From Mytilus californianus (Eukaryota): 64,000 bases of DNA. The first letter of the stretch is position 1; the number at the start of each line of letters is the position of its first letter. Location: positions 35,402,001 to 35,466,000 of the forward strand of contig NW_026262581.1 of NCBI RefSeq assembly GCF_021869535.1. Reading direction: 5' to 3'. The notes below the pieces were generated by a model. It was not told the origin of the DNA. It made no database searches and was given only the letters and a program-made list of their open reading frames with translations. The position numbers and the translations under genes were made by a program. Below are positions 13,689 through 27,102 of this stretch, one piece after another.

Positions 13689-14245
13689 AAAGAGGGACGA
13701 AAGATACAAGAGGGACAGTCAAACTCATAGATCGAAAACAAACTGACAAATTCATGCAATTTTGCTACTGGGCGGATAATGTCCTCGGGGACAAAATGTC
13801 CACCAGCAGAGACATCGATCCAGTGGTTATAAAAGAGGTACAAAAAATACCAGAGAGACAGTTAAACTCATGGATCAAAAACAAACTGACAAATTCATGC
13901 AATTTTGCTACAGGGCGGATGATTTCCTCGGGGACAAAATGTCCACCAGCAGAGAAATCGACCCAGTGGTTATAAAAGAGGTACAAAAAATACCAGAGAG
14001 ACAGTTAAACTCATAGATCAAAAACAAACTGATAAATTCATGCAATTTTGCTACAGGGCGGATGATTTCCTCGGGGACAAAATGTCCACCAGCAGAGAAA
14101 TCGACCCAGTGGTTATAAAAGAGGGACGAAAGATACCAGAGGGACAGTCAAACTCATAGATCGAAAACAAACTGACAAAATTCATGCAATTTTTCAACTG
14201 GGCGGATGATGTCCTCGGGGACAAAATGTCCACCAGCAGAGACAT
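13689..14245 (+). repeat. Chimeric tandem array, about 143-bp unit, about 3.9 copies
   Basis: The anchor aaactga(c/t)aa recurs at 13741, 13883, 14026 and 14169. Each unit is an inverted Penelope 3' end plus a segment of the HHR-bearing repeat. Confidence 0.9.
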
Positions 14246-14305
14246 GAATATGATTTGGATTCAAAAATATTCCAAAGACAAACATTGAAGTCATCCCTTC
14301 GTTTG

Positions 14306-15356
14306 GGGAGGGATAAATCCTACTTTGTAAAGAATCACTCTGATTCAAACAAAAAAGTCTCTGAAACTGACATTATCAAGATGCTTGATTTCTTGATTGA
14401 CAACATATTTGTTACGTTTGGAGGACGTGTTTTTCAACAGACTGTCGGAATTCCAATGGGAACCAATTGTGCCCCTCTTCTTGCCGACTTGTTTCTTTAT
14501 TATTATGAGGCTGACTTCATACAGGAGCTTCTTAGGAAGAGAGATAAGAAGTTAGCAATATCCTTTAACTCTACGTTCCGCTATATAGATGATGTTCTCT
14601 CACTAAATAATACAAAATTTGGTGACTATGTTAAACGAATCTATCCCATCGAACTAGAGATAAAGGATACTACAGATACAGTTAAGTCTGCCTCATATCT
14701 TGACTTACATCTAGAAATTGACAATGAGGGTCGGTTGAAAACAAAACTTTACGACAAAAGAGATGATTTCAGCTTCCCAATTGTGAACTTTCCATTTCTA
14801 TGTAGCAACATTCCAGCAGCGCCTGCATACGGAGTATATATCTCCCAATTGATACGATATTCCCGGGCTTGTGTTTCCTATCATGATTTCCTTGATAGAG
14901 GATTGCTGCTCACAAGGAAGCTATTAAACCAAGAGTTCCAAATGGTGAAGTTGAAGTCATCCCTTCGTAAATTTTACGGACGCCATCACGAGTTGGTTGA
15001 CCGTTATGGAATAACCGTTTCACAGATGATATCGGATATGTTCCTTATGTCGTAACTACAATACCCTTCCCTTTTCACGAATATGACTTACCGAATTAGA
15101 CTATTTACCGGATTTGTAATAACATAAGCAACACGACGGGTGCCACATGTGGAGCAGGATCTGCTTACCCTTCCGGAGCACCTGAGATCACCCCCAGTTT
15201 TTGGTGGGGTTCGTGTTGCTTAGTCTTTAGTTTTCTATGTTGTGTCATCTGTACTATTATTTGTCTGTTTGTCTTTTTATTTTTGGCCATGACGTTGTCA
15301 GTTTGTTTTCGATCTATGAGTTTGACTGTCCCTCTGGTATCTTTCGTCCCTCTTTT
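14306..15356 (+). mobile_element. Penelope-like retroelement, 5'-truncated (RT C-terminal half + thumb + 3' UTR)
   Basis: ORF 14255-15055 contains GIPMGTNCAPLLADLFL, FRYIDD and LYDKRDDFSFPIVNFPFL, which are PLE-type RT motifs. It has no stop or frameshift and terminates at SDMFLMS*. Confidence 0.92.
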
Positions 15357-18300
15357 AACAGAAAATGAACGTTTATTGTTACCAAAATTGGAGAAATGCG
15401 TTAATTCTTCAGGTAAAACCTTTCAGTGTTTTGTATATTTTTGACGAAATCACAAATCTCCATTGCAAAGGGTCCGTTGTGACGTTGAAAGTAGCCATTG
15501 ACCTAACGAATGATCAATAGTTTTGTCGCAATTTTGTAACACACAGCAGGATTGGCCAACCAAATTAGCGCATTTTTCGTATCACTCATCCATATCATAT
15601 TCTGTTCAGTGTGATACGAGAAATATTTCTTCATGAAGAAAATATACGACCATAAGAGAATTACCATTACCAGACGGTTAATGTTTCTGATATTATACTA
15701 ACACTGTCTGTCCGATCATTTCTGAACAAAAACAATATTTACCTTAGCAAAAACAAAAAAGTTTCCCTGTGTGTTTTCTTGATTTGTTAAATGTATGTGG
15801 TCGGTTGATAGGGTGCGTAAACTGATGTAGACAATATATATTTCAATACCTTATTGCACTCGGTCATAATTTCTCAGTGAAACTTGTAAAAAAAACATTT
15901 TTAAATATTAATGAGTTAATTTACATTATAAATTGTCCATTTATTACTATTCAATGTGTCTCAAAACTGGCCACCAATACAGGTCTTAATACTGAAACAT
16001 AGGTCTAATACAGAATTTAAGCTGGTCTAATACATGATTTTATCTTCTGGTTAGAAAGTGTGTATTACGCGAAGTGTTAGACGTTCAAGAAGTTTGATGT
16101 TGAAGTTGGTTTTTTTTTTTCATTTCTTGTAATAAAATTTTCTTTGATTATATACAATTATGGTCCGTAGAAAGGGTGAATGTGTGAGCGCATATTAAGG
16201 TTTTTCTTGTCGTATAACACTCATAGGTTCTGTAATACGACAAAAGAAAAACTTAAAATGCATTATTTGACTAATATGCAGGAAAACAAGATTTGCGGAA
16301 ATTGTATCCCAATTTACCGATCATATTGATGTGGGATATTCTTTTCTCATGCGTTTAGGCATAACGGCTCAATTATAAGGTGAAATAACTAGATATGAAC
16401 GTTAGTTGTCACTTGCACTATCCAGTTGAATTAGAATTTTACTATAATTGCATGAAGCAAAAAAAAAACAATTGTTTCGGTGTATGAAAAAAAAAGTTAT
16501 TTGGTAAGTAATTTATCATATTATTAATATTAACTTTATAAAAGGGGGTGAAATGTTTTTCTCTGATTTTATGACATTTTAACCGCAAAAAGCAAATTAT
16601 TTTTTCAGCAATTTGAAATGAACTGATTCAGACTAATTATTTTTCTCTTTTTTGCCTGGCAATACACTTTTTAATTTTGAATCCTTGAAGCACTTTTTAT
16701 TGAAAATTGGTATCTTCCGGGTTGTTTTTTCAAATGAGTTACCTATCGTTCTGAAAGAAAAAAAAACACCATATAACGTATGTAACGAAAATTGTCATCT
16801 CTAACAATCTATTTCCCTTGGAGCCCAGCCTGAAGAGAAATAACCTATTAGGGTAGACAAACTTGAATATACACCGCTTCTAAGCGGTCACAATTGTTTT
16901 ATTTAACCAAACTAACAGTAAAAGAGAATTTTGAACCACTGAATATACATATTAAAGAAGCTCTTATAATGCTTCGCATGTACATGAAATGTAGACTGTT
17001 TCTGTAAAATATTGCTGGTCCTGAAAAGGGCCGTACATGAAAGCTATCCTCGGCACTAGAAGAATTTCCAATACTTGTTTCCACGTAACTGCATGTACTT
17101 CTAACCTGACCTATGCCATCTTGTTTACATACTTCGGTGACGTCATTTTCCGTGATGGGGTGATGGGAGATGACTCGTGTATAAATCGAGAGTCTCAAAG
17201 GGTTATTCACCGGTAAATAAAAGTGCTATTCATCGCAAATTGTAGAAACACCAAAATGTGTGTCAGGTGATAGTAATTTTGTCCTTATACTGTCATATTG
17301 GGTCTCGATAAAAGCTGTTGGTGATTTACAGTCAGGTGTAAGAAAATAGATGTTTGTATTGATCCTGTATTAGTCATATCTTTTGTGAATACTTGAGACA
17401 TTATTTTATAAAGGTGACATGCAATGGGTGTTTTCATATTAAATCTGTATTATGTCCTCGTACAGTCGTATTTGGTCTTGATAAGCTGCATTGGACCTCG
17501 GCTACGTCTCGGGCTAATACACGTATTTGTCTTAATAAAATAATACATAACAATACAGATGACAATGAGACAATTTTGATAAATTCGTAAGGAGATACTT
17601 TTATTAAATATACAAGTATTACATTTTAGAAATTTTGGATGATCATTTATCATCATTCAAGTGTTATTTGACCCTTTAAAGAGTTGCTTTTTAAGACGAT
17701 GCCAACTGATGTTCATTGCAATTTTCGGTTTATAATTGTATTTATGTGATCAGTTGATGATCAGCAAAATGCATATGTATGTTAACATATGTATTCATCA
17801 GGAACGCTCAAAGCCGAATATTTGAAAGCCTGTAAAAGAACCTAAACAGTTGAAACAGTTATAACCAAAAAGGACCTAAAAAAATAGCAAAATCTATCTA
17901 TGGCTAAACGTGTATCTTGAGCAGTAAAATTAGTACTGATAATATTAATAAGCGGTTTGGTGACATGTAAGCTGCTGACAGCTAGTTAAGATTACTTATT
18001 ATTTTGCAAATGATAAAAACATATAAAATCTAAACATTTGTTCTTTGTCCTTTCGAAAACTTTTTTTCTCATATACCTTAATGCCTTGTGAGTGTTTTTT
18101 CTCTGATTAAATATTGTAAATTAATGGCAATGTTTTGGTAAGTAAAACATATTATATGAAATAAGCAGTTCAGAAAAGTATGGAAACCTTAAACCGACAG
18201 GAACATCTACGTTAATGATTTACAAGAAGTGATTAATCTATCGTAAGTTGCGAAATTGTATGATTCGATCTGTATTTATATAGAAATCTCATTAGTCTTT

Positions 18301-19494
18301 CATGTGAGGTGTGGCGTGGCTATGGTACAGTCTTGTTCAGATAGTCAAAGGTCTGAAAAGAAACAAAATCATAATCTTTTACAATGGAAATTTCCAATCC
18401 ATTATATATTTAAATTTATTCTACATTGAATGGTACTGGATAATATTATGATTCTTCGTGCAATTAAACCGTTTAAGACACTTTGATTTTTTTTTGTTAA
18501 ACCACAAGTGTTATTAATATTTTAAAAGTATTAGTCAAGTCCCTTAGCTTAACAGATAGCGAACCTTTTTTTCTAAAGTAATGAACTTAAAATTATAGTT
18601 TACATCTCTTCTATCTAAGCTAGTGAGGTAACATTTAAGGGCACAACTGACACATCAACATAAGGCTCGATTGCAAATAAGACAACTATCATATAAAGAC
18701 TAACATACAGCTATGTACACACATATCTTCTTCAACATTGAGCAAAACCCATACCATATACACTTGTAGTTAGTACAAAAGTGCCCAAGATAACAAAATG
18801 TAAAACAATTCACCAGAGAAAACCAACGACCATATTTAAGCTAATAACTTTAAATGTGAAATTACTACCGCAGACAGCAACCAACGACACCCACTGGATT
18901 AGGGGCTCCTTGCTTGTGACAAACATTAAGAATGTGGAAGGGATAAACATGTTTCTAAACACAAAATCAGATCGTTACTAATGAAGTATATATGTATATA
19001 CAAATAATTATATGTTTTTGGGAACTTAAGATATACTCTTTTATTACGCAAGTGTGAAAAATCATTTATATCTCAAAATTACCGGGAGAAAGATATCTAC
19101 AATCGATGGTCGTGATTTTGAAAATTTGTTAATAATTTTCCAAATTTGTTAGAAATTTGATTTGTTTTGATTGGATACTCTAGGTATACAAACTGATTTG
19201 ATTCGAACGTTACTATAATGTAGACCAATCGCGCTTCTAGCGTAATATATTATAAGCCAAGTTTATTTGATATAGTTTTTACAAGGGTGTCACCAGTTCT
19301 GTAGTCAGTACATCTGTGTTGACATGAAATGATACGATAATATTCTGTAAATTTTCTTCTCTTCAATTTTGATTTTTCGACAAACTTAAGTTTTTCGACC
19401 CTAGACATCGCATTAGTCTATTTGGCACAACTTTTCTAAATTTCTGGTTTTCAATGATCTTCAATTTTGTATTTGATTTTGTTGTTCCAACTGA

Positions 19495-19625
19495 TTTGAG
19501 TGCCACTGACGAGTCTGGCGTAACATATTATTAGCCTAGTTTAATTGATAGAGTTTTTACAACCGCTGGTTCGACGCCACTTCTGGTTGACGTTTCGTCC
19601 CCCTTGGGTGTCATCAGTCCTTGGC
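19495..19625 (+). repeat. Retrozyme-like repeat remnant with the hammerhead core deleted
   Basis: gagtgccaCTGACGAgtctggcgta: stem II, GAAA and stem III are lost between two gtct direct repeats. A more decayed copy lies at 19205-19245. Confidence 0.55.
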
Positions 19626-21424
19626 GGATACGTTATAAATATAATGTTTTGGGCTAACATTCTGGCTGATATTACCATTTTCAGCGTCGGCTGAACAACG
19701 ATGCATCTAAGGTAAATTCGTCTTTTGAAAAAAGGGTAGGGATATCCAATTAATTTTGAAGTCCGAATTATATTAAAAATATCAAGACACGTATCAATTA
19801 AATTTGTTTCTTGTACGTTTGATCTGTATGATGATAATTGGCGTTTACGAAAATTTTGAAATAGTAATGTTCAATTGTTTTTAAACTGTACATTTTACAC
19901 TTATGCAACTTGTGACCATCGAGACGCATATATGTGTAGGCTACATAAATAATATTTACCATTAGTGCGAAAATTAGCCAATATTTATCTAAATTCTTGT
20001 GATATAACCGGTGAACTAATTTGTCATTTGCTACAATATTAGCCGTTTTCTTTTTCAACAAAATTCTATATAAATATTGAAAAAATAATAATTTCCGAAA
20101 CTTAAAATATACGCTTTTATAACGCAATGTTATCATAAATAGTACGTATATCAATTTTCTACATGCATTTATCAACCAATTTTACAATTTTTGTTTTGAC
20201 TCAGGACGTTCCAAAAGTCAACTACTAGTCCTACTAAAAATAGTACTCTGGTTTTCTGAGTTTCTTTTAAAAAAAGCATACTATGTAGCACATCTGCCCT
20301 AAATTTGAAGTACAACTTCACGGACAAGTGAATGCACCCACAAATAGTTTCAAATGTATTTCTCCTTCAAAAAAAAAATCATTAATGTAACTGTATTCAC
20401 TATTCTTAGTAAACAACAACATTAAAAAGTAGTATGTTTTGTCTGAGTAGGTCTACTTTTACATATGTTCACAATCTACACCACAAGTATACCCGAATAA
20501 TTCAGGCCTCCTTGTAAAGGATCTCTCCTTCTCGACATCGTAGAGCAGTGGAATATTACGAATGAATTTTTCGTCTTATTATAATAACTTCATATCTCCG
20601 TTTATTACCGTATTCTGTTTAGCACCAAGCATTTAATTAAGCGATTATTACAAGTTGTTTTTTCGTTCAAATTGTGTAAAACTATGAAAGTGTATAAAGG
20701 CCAAAAGGAAAATACTTTAAACTCAAACATGATAAATGGTAGACATGATAAACAGCTGTCATCTGTGAACACAAATTTCATACTTGGGCTTCGTAAAAAG
20801 AATGAAAAGAAGCTAGCACTATGCTTCAACTCCGCGTGATTAAATAACTGTTAGGCATCAAAAATCTATTACAGTTTGAATTTGCATTTCGCTGGTTTTA
20901 TCGAAGACTAAATTAGATAGTTGCTGACATTCAAACAAGTAAACGATACTATACATTTCTTTGAACAGGCACATTTGCAGATGAAACCACGACATGCTAG
21001 TGAAAATCGGGAGATGCTAAAATGACATTACGTACTTCATTATCGAGAGTGTACACGATTTGTGAGTGTTAATAATCACGTTTTTCTCACTATGTGTGTG
21101 CTTTTTCAAATGAGAAAAATGTAGCACAAAAGCTAGTGAAATAGTCCTGTATTTAACATTACAACATCAGAAAATGTAAATGACTGACAAATGTGAACAA
21201 TCATTAATGAAAAGGTAATTGAAGGTTTATATATGGTGAAAAAACTCATCAAAGATAAAAGTCTCGGGAAATAGACTGTTGTATCCCCTCCCCAACACCA
21301 TCTATTTATCTTTCAATAATATCTTACACTTCACATCATAAGACATTAATGTAAAAATATAATAGAATTGATCATTTATAAAAATTACATTCAAACATCT
21401 CGAATAGGTTTGCTAGGGTATAGA

Positions 21425-21800
21425 AACATGGTCGTCCATTGACTTCCCCCATCAGGCTGTAAAACCCATGCTTTTAAGAGCGGTGTCCATTTGTTTGATG
21501 AGGATGCATTATATCTAATCAACATACGATAGGAATGGGAAAGTTAAATCCGATACGTCAGCTAAGGAGAACGCCACTCCCTCTGCACGCTTAAAAGCCC
21601 TTGCTTTCTCTGAAGGGTCCATAGGTGGCATGTTGTAAGGCAAAATTTCTGCCCCTATCCATCATAAACTCATTTATCAGTAGCAGTCGAAATTCCCACT
21701 CTATCTCGATCATCCCTCTATGAAAAACCTAACTATAAGATTTATTGTTTATTTGTTAAACATGAAATATTTGCCACTGGACGTTCAATAAACAACAATT
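21425..21800 (-). repeat. Interspersed repeat family R4 (cgtccagtggcaaatatttcatg...cggatttaac)
   Basis: Related copy at 45085-45405 (-) and a fragment near 60005-60060. Confidence 0.6.
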
Positions 21801-21814
21801 TATCATGATTATAA

Positions 21815-22032
21815 CTATACATACTTTGTTTCGCAAGTAAAGAGAGAAAGCGAACCGCATGGGCTATCATTCCACAAAAAACCCAACTTAGCATGCACAT
21901 TTACACAATCTTCCATATTATCATTATTGTTTGGTTCTCCACCAGCCCAATTAGATAGAGTGATATTTCTATTATCACTCGTCCATACAAAAGTTCCTTC
22001 ATTATCTGTGTCTGTTCCACCGAGCCAAAAAG
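21815..22032 (-). CDS. C-type lectin, last exon (T-FWLGGTDTDNEGTFVW...NWAGGEPNNNDNMEDCVNV...LWNDSPCGSLSLFTCETKYV*)
   Basis: Canonical CTLD second half with WLGG, W, EPN, EDC, WND and C..C. Phase-1 acceptor (ttcattcaaag) at 22033. Stop TAG at 21815-21817 with AATAAA hexamers near 21742-21755. An alternative GTATGT donor at 21824 could lead to another terminal exon. Confidence 0.93.
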
Positions 22033-23757
22033 CTTTGAATGAAATCAAAATTGAAATCGATGACTGTAATTTGTATAAATTATCATTTGTTATTACCATA
22101 TAGTTATTTTTAAATGTATATATAAATCATATTAAATACTTCTTCTAAAATTTCCATAATTAGGAACCATGTACTGTAATTGATAACAATGGCTTCTGGT
22201 GATTTTTGTGACAGTTTATATTTTATACGCAGTTTTTATCGAACTAATTGCATCCTTTGTTAATTTAACGCATATGCATGAGCATTACAAAATACTGTAA
22301 GAGGATAATATTTGAATAAAAGGTATTGTCAAGATTAAAGAGTGCGTAATCGCGAAGACATTTAATAACCCTTTCCCTCCGACACGTTTTATTTCAAACA
22401 CGTATATAATTCTCTTACAGTGCTTTAATTGTTTAAAAATCGGAAAACACACGTATGTCCATCAAAACTTATATTAACCATGATCTAATTACATCCTTCA
22501 TTATATCTAGCATCGTCCTGGCAAGTTAAAAGTACTTTTGATCCAACGGCCACTTATATCTTTCCACAAATGCATACCTTTGCATTGGTAGTTTAACGTT
22601 AATTAATATCTAATTTATTGATAAACATGCATGGTCAATATTAATATTTTCCAGCGTTTCGATCAATATAGCTGGAAATGTACAAAGACTCGGTTAGTTG
22701 TCCATTTTTTTGTTGTTGATTTTTCAGTATACCGATATGGATAGCAAACTACACATTGCTAGAAAACAATAATTATTGATGCCAATATAAACAAACGTTA
22801 ATAATGTAATACAGATAGACCGGAAATACGAAAAAAAATTTGCAAAACATTGTTTAACAAAATTTTAATCTGCTAACCGAGTCCCTGTGGAAAAATGTTG
22901 TATTGTCGGCAGGCAATCGTTAATTTTCGAAAGGACTATTTTTAACTGGCCAATCAGGGGGTCTTGTTGTCATATTTAAGGTGGGTTCGTTTGCAGTTTT
23001 TCCTGGTCTGCCTTGACTATCATTGAGGTGAAATTTGTCAAACGTACAGCTTCTTTTATGTTATTGAATAATTTCAATTGATTACTGTTTTATGCCCAAC
23101 CTACGATAGTAGAGGGGCATTATGTTTTCCGGTCTGTGTGTCCGTTCGTTCGTCCGTCCGTTCGTCTGTCCCGCTTCAGGTTAAAGGTTTTGGTCAAGGT
23201 AGTTTTTGATGAAGTTGAAGTCCAATCAACTTGAAACTTACACATTTTCCATATGATATGATCTTTCTAATTTCAATACCAAATAAGAGTTTTGACCACA
23301 ATTTCACGGTCCACTGAACATAGAAAATGATAGTGCGTGTGGGGCATCCGTGTACTATGGACACATTCTTGTTATGTTTATTTCACGATATCTAACGATT
23401 ATGTTTAATATACAATTATATCTGGCGTCCATCACGCACGACGGGCTGTCAGCAAACTTGAATTTGCGTTTGAATTATTTATTTTTCTGTCATGTGTACG
23501 ATGTAGGTGTTATTGGCGTTCTGTCAATGGCAGAAAAGGGTGACTGTCATTTGTGTGTCTGTCGTCTAAGGTATAGATAATACATTATATTTATTATACT
23601 AAAGGAACGATATTATCGGGGTCTCAAACTAAAAGATATATAGTTTAGATTGTGCAGGTAGTTCTGTTGTTAGCATATTAGCTTTTACATTCATTTTTCT
23701 TTTTTCGTTTATGTAAAAATGCATTGTGTGTGCACTATTGAAAATTATTCCAATTAT

Positions 23758-24543
23758 AATAAAGAGCTGCGCCATGAGCGCATGATACGCCCGTCGCTTT
23801 TTCAAAGAATAAAGTTCCAGAACTACTCAATGTCATATCAGAAATTTATATAAAAAAAGAACTAAAGGGAGTTTATTTTAATAGATATAAACCAATCACC
23901 ATTGCTCAAAGCACTTTTGAGTTATTGTCCGAAAAGTCCATATTTAGTATGGACAGTATTTCTGGATCTTTGTAACGCTTTTGATTTTCTAAATCATGAA
24001 CAATTTACTGATCCTTCATAAATAACAAAAATACTTTTCTTACACTTCACTACATTGGTTTTCTTCATATTTGGCCGATAGACATCAGGTCGTATCCATT
24101 CCAAAACTTTATTGACCCAAGTTTCTTAATAATTTCTGAATTAACAGAGAATTTAATAAAAGACCTTAAAATATAGATCGTGCATTAATTGTTTTCTCTC
24201 TAAAAAGGTACAACTCAGAAATGTATTCAAAAGCAACGAGAACATCTTAAATCAACAAATTAATAACACATCCTAAACCTAGATTTGAATCGTTTTGGTG
24301 TTAGTATCTTTTTTTTTAATTTTCTTTGGACAGTCACAGAAAGAATGTGGCGGGGTAAAACAAACATGTTCGTGAGAGCTCAAATTTGATAACAAATTTC
24401 TTGAAGCTATTATTTGTGGTTCCTGAGATAAATGCGACGGAAATTAAATAGGACAGAAGGACATACGGACGGACGGACATAAGGACGGATGGACAGACAG
24501 GCTAAAACAGAATACCCCCTCCTTCGGAGTATGGGTATACAAA
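23758..24543 (+). mobile_element. Helentron/pearl-like non-autonomous element in a lectin intron
   Basis: 5' hairpin gctgcgccatgagcgc, 3' (GGAC)n microsatellite, then a terminal hairpin ataccccctccttcggagtatgggtat. Confidence 0.6.
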
Positions 24544-24658
24544 TAAACTGTTAACTTATCAATAATAATATCATCATACGAATGTATTATAAAACTTATC
24601 AAACGCTTGTGATAAGCGTTTGACATAATATTTATTTGCTCTAGTAAATATAACTTAC

Positions 24659-24752
24659 TGCCACTCCTAGATCTAGCTATGTCACTGATATAATCTATCT
24701 CTGATTGTGTTACAGGTTCTGAAAGTTTAGCGCCGAGGTACATACAGCTTGC
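24659..24752 (-). CDS. C-type lectin, middle exon (ASCMYLGAKLSEPVTQSEIDYISDIARSRSG)
   Basis: tgtttcag acceptor and GTAAGT donor. 94 nt, phase 0 in, phase 1 out. Matches the CTLD helix pattern C...GA.L.......E..YI. Confidence 0.9.
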
Positions 24753-25399
24753 CTGAAACAAAGTATACATCTTAAAATAATAACACACTTTGTGTGGTGT
24801 TTTACTGTAGTTGTAGTAAAACAACGTAATTCAAAATTATTGAAACGTAAAGCAAGGGTATTTAAAAAATCAAGTTTATATTTGATACCGTAAACGTGTT
24901 TTAGATTAACATTTAACAGGTACGCACAAGACCACACTTTTGGAAGATAAAATGTTCGAGAGCACAAAAACAGAAAGGGCCTTAACAGAACATCCAAAAT
25001 CTTCTACGGTCAAATGTCGTTTTGTGGTCAATCATATAATTAAGATAAACTCTAAAAAGGCTTAAATTAGTTTCTTAAACTTTTATTATGACGCGAATAG
25101 ACAAAGCAGGTTGTAATTTAACGATCGGTAATACTAAACAAGATAACAAAATTTTGAGAAAAAAAACAGTATGTCCGGGCTTAGATGATAGCTTATCACA
25201 TTCTGATTTTGAAAATACAATGTTTGAGGCACTTTTTTCATCAATTAAGGGAGACAATAAGCTACTTCCGGTTACATCAAAGTCACCTCCGGTGTCAAAT
25301 AATAGCTTATTTTACTCTGATTCTAAAAATATATATTTTCCATATACTTTTGCTTTAAATAAGGGAGATAAATAGCTTCTTCCGGTTTAAAAAGATCAC

Positions 25400-26050
25400 T
25401 TCTGGTTGACATTTTCAAGGTCATATGTCTACTAACCTAACGCAAAAGATCCCATGGCTTTATCATGTATAAATATGAATCAACAGCAAAGGTCAAAATC
25501 TACAACGTCAATTTTACCTTTGACCTCGAACTGAATTTCAAGGTCATAAAGCAAGGACCTCAAATCAAATGACCCTTAGTCTCCACTATGTAAGGGAAAT
25601 GAGTTCTATCCCAATACAGCTTATTTTGAGTATTAGAGGGGATGAAATCCCCATCAAATGTCAACGCACCCTTTTTACCAAAATATGTATGTTACGGCAT
25701 GTCGCAAATATCAGTTTAGTAAAAATATTTTGACGATATCTCATACGGTTTCTAAAAAGAAGCAATATTAAGCCAAAATAAAAATTTATAATTTAACCTT
25801 GACCTTTGACCTTGACCCTATTTTCTTTTTGGTGGACCAAGGACCTCAATTCAAAAGACCCTGGGTCTCTATCACTTATGGTTTACCAGTTACAGTTACA
25901 TTTCACTTATTTTAAATACAGAAGTGGGAAGAACTCTCATATGGAGTCTCAGGAGCGCTGCGGTCAAAATTATTCTTAAGATCCTGAGGATATAATGAGC
26001 AAATTGGTGAAATAATTTTGTCGTAATCTTTAACGGTTGCGAATAATAAT
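25400..26050 (+). mobile_element. Degenerate pearl/Helentron-like element with gacctttgaccttgacc motifs
   Basis: Repeated tcaaggtca/tgacct motifs and duplicated ggacctcaa(a/t)tcaaa(a/t)gaccc cores; ends gaataataat. Confidence 0.45.
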
Positions 26051-26328
26051 CAGAACAAATTCAATAGGTCTTTGCACAGAAAAGTTGAAAGCCTAATTAT
26101 CATTAAAAAATCAATAGGTCTTTCCATAGAAAAGTGGAAAGACCTAATAATGTAATGATAAAATTGACAAATAATACGGTTAGTCCTGCAATTATTTATG
26201 TTACTATACAAATATGAGTGTAAAGATGAATAATGCAATAATGAAATATTAATATACAAGTATCGATTTTATGAATCCTACTTCTTTAATTATCCAACAG
26301 TAATATGTTATCTTAAGGTACTACGTAC

Positions 26329-26414
26329 CTTGGCAGTTTCCCAGTCCTCAGATGTTGTGCTGAAGAAATAGCAATTTGAACCCGGAAGATAAAGCCATCC
26401 ACTTTCACACGGAG
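26329..26414 (-). CDS. C-type lectin, first CTLD exon (x-PCESGWLYLPGSNCYFFSTTSEDWETAK); absent from the ORF track
   Basis: tattttacag acceptor and GTACGT donor. 86 nt, phase 1 in, phase 0 out. C..GW......CY.F......W..A is the long-form CTLD start. Confidence 0.92.
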
Positions 26415-26780
26415 CTGTAAAATATATAACAAACTTTAAGAAATAAATGCAAACAATGAATAAGTATTTGTTTTACGATATAATCATAGTAATATATGAC
26501 GACAAACAAAACAAAAACGATTTGAAACACAAACATAAGAAATATGCATCGATAAAAAATGTCCCAAAAAGCAAATTATAGAATTGCCTTTCCATAACAT
26601 CATTGTCATGAAAATTGTTTGGACGAGTATTGTGAAAATAATTGTATAAAGTTCGAGATTGCATGTTAGTTACGTAAGCGCGTCACTGTTTGTAGTGTCT
26701 GTCGTTGATGGAATATGTCGTTGTTGTTCTGCGGTTTGCATGTTGTGTCGACTATCATATTATGTGTTTGTGCTATATTT

Positions 26781-27102
26781 CTGTCACGTAGTGTTGTCAT
26801 TTTACCGATATTTTTTAACATTGTCATAAAGCGGGAGGTTTGGCTAGCCATTAAACCAGGTTCAACCCACCATTTTTTCTTAAAATGTCTTGTACCAAGT
26901 CAGGAATATGGCAGTTGTTATCAAATAGTTCGTTTCTATGTATGTTGGAGTTTGTTTTTGTTGCACTTCAGTGTTCCTGTTGTTCCTTTGTTTTCCTCTT
27001 ATAGTTGATGTGTTTCCCTCGGTTTTAGTTTGTAACCCGGATTTGTTTCCTCTCAATCGATTTATGACTTTTGAACACCGGTATGCTACTGTTGCCTTTA
27101 TT
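26781..27102 (+). repeat. Repeat family R1 copy
   Basis: Matches 654-975. Confidence 0.8.

Noticed and set aside
13689-14245. Repeat array as CRISPR-like
   Set aside because: The context is eukaryotic, whole units are repeated with no unique spacers, and both halves derive from local mobile elements.
15056-15250. SECIS element in the Penelope 3' UTR (some Naiad elements encode selenoproteins)
   Set aside because: The ATGA near 15084 has no complementary helix with a GA quartet that I can fold, and there is no in-frame TGA in the retained ORF.
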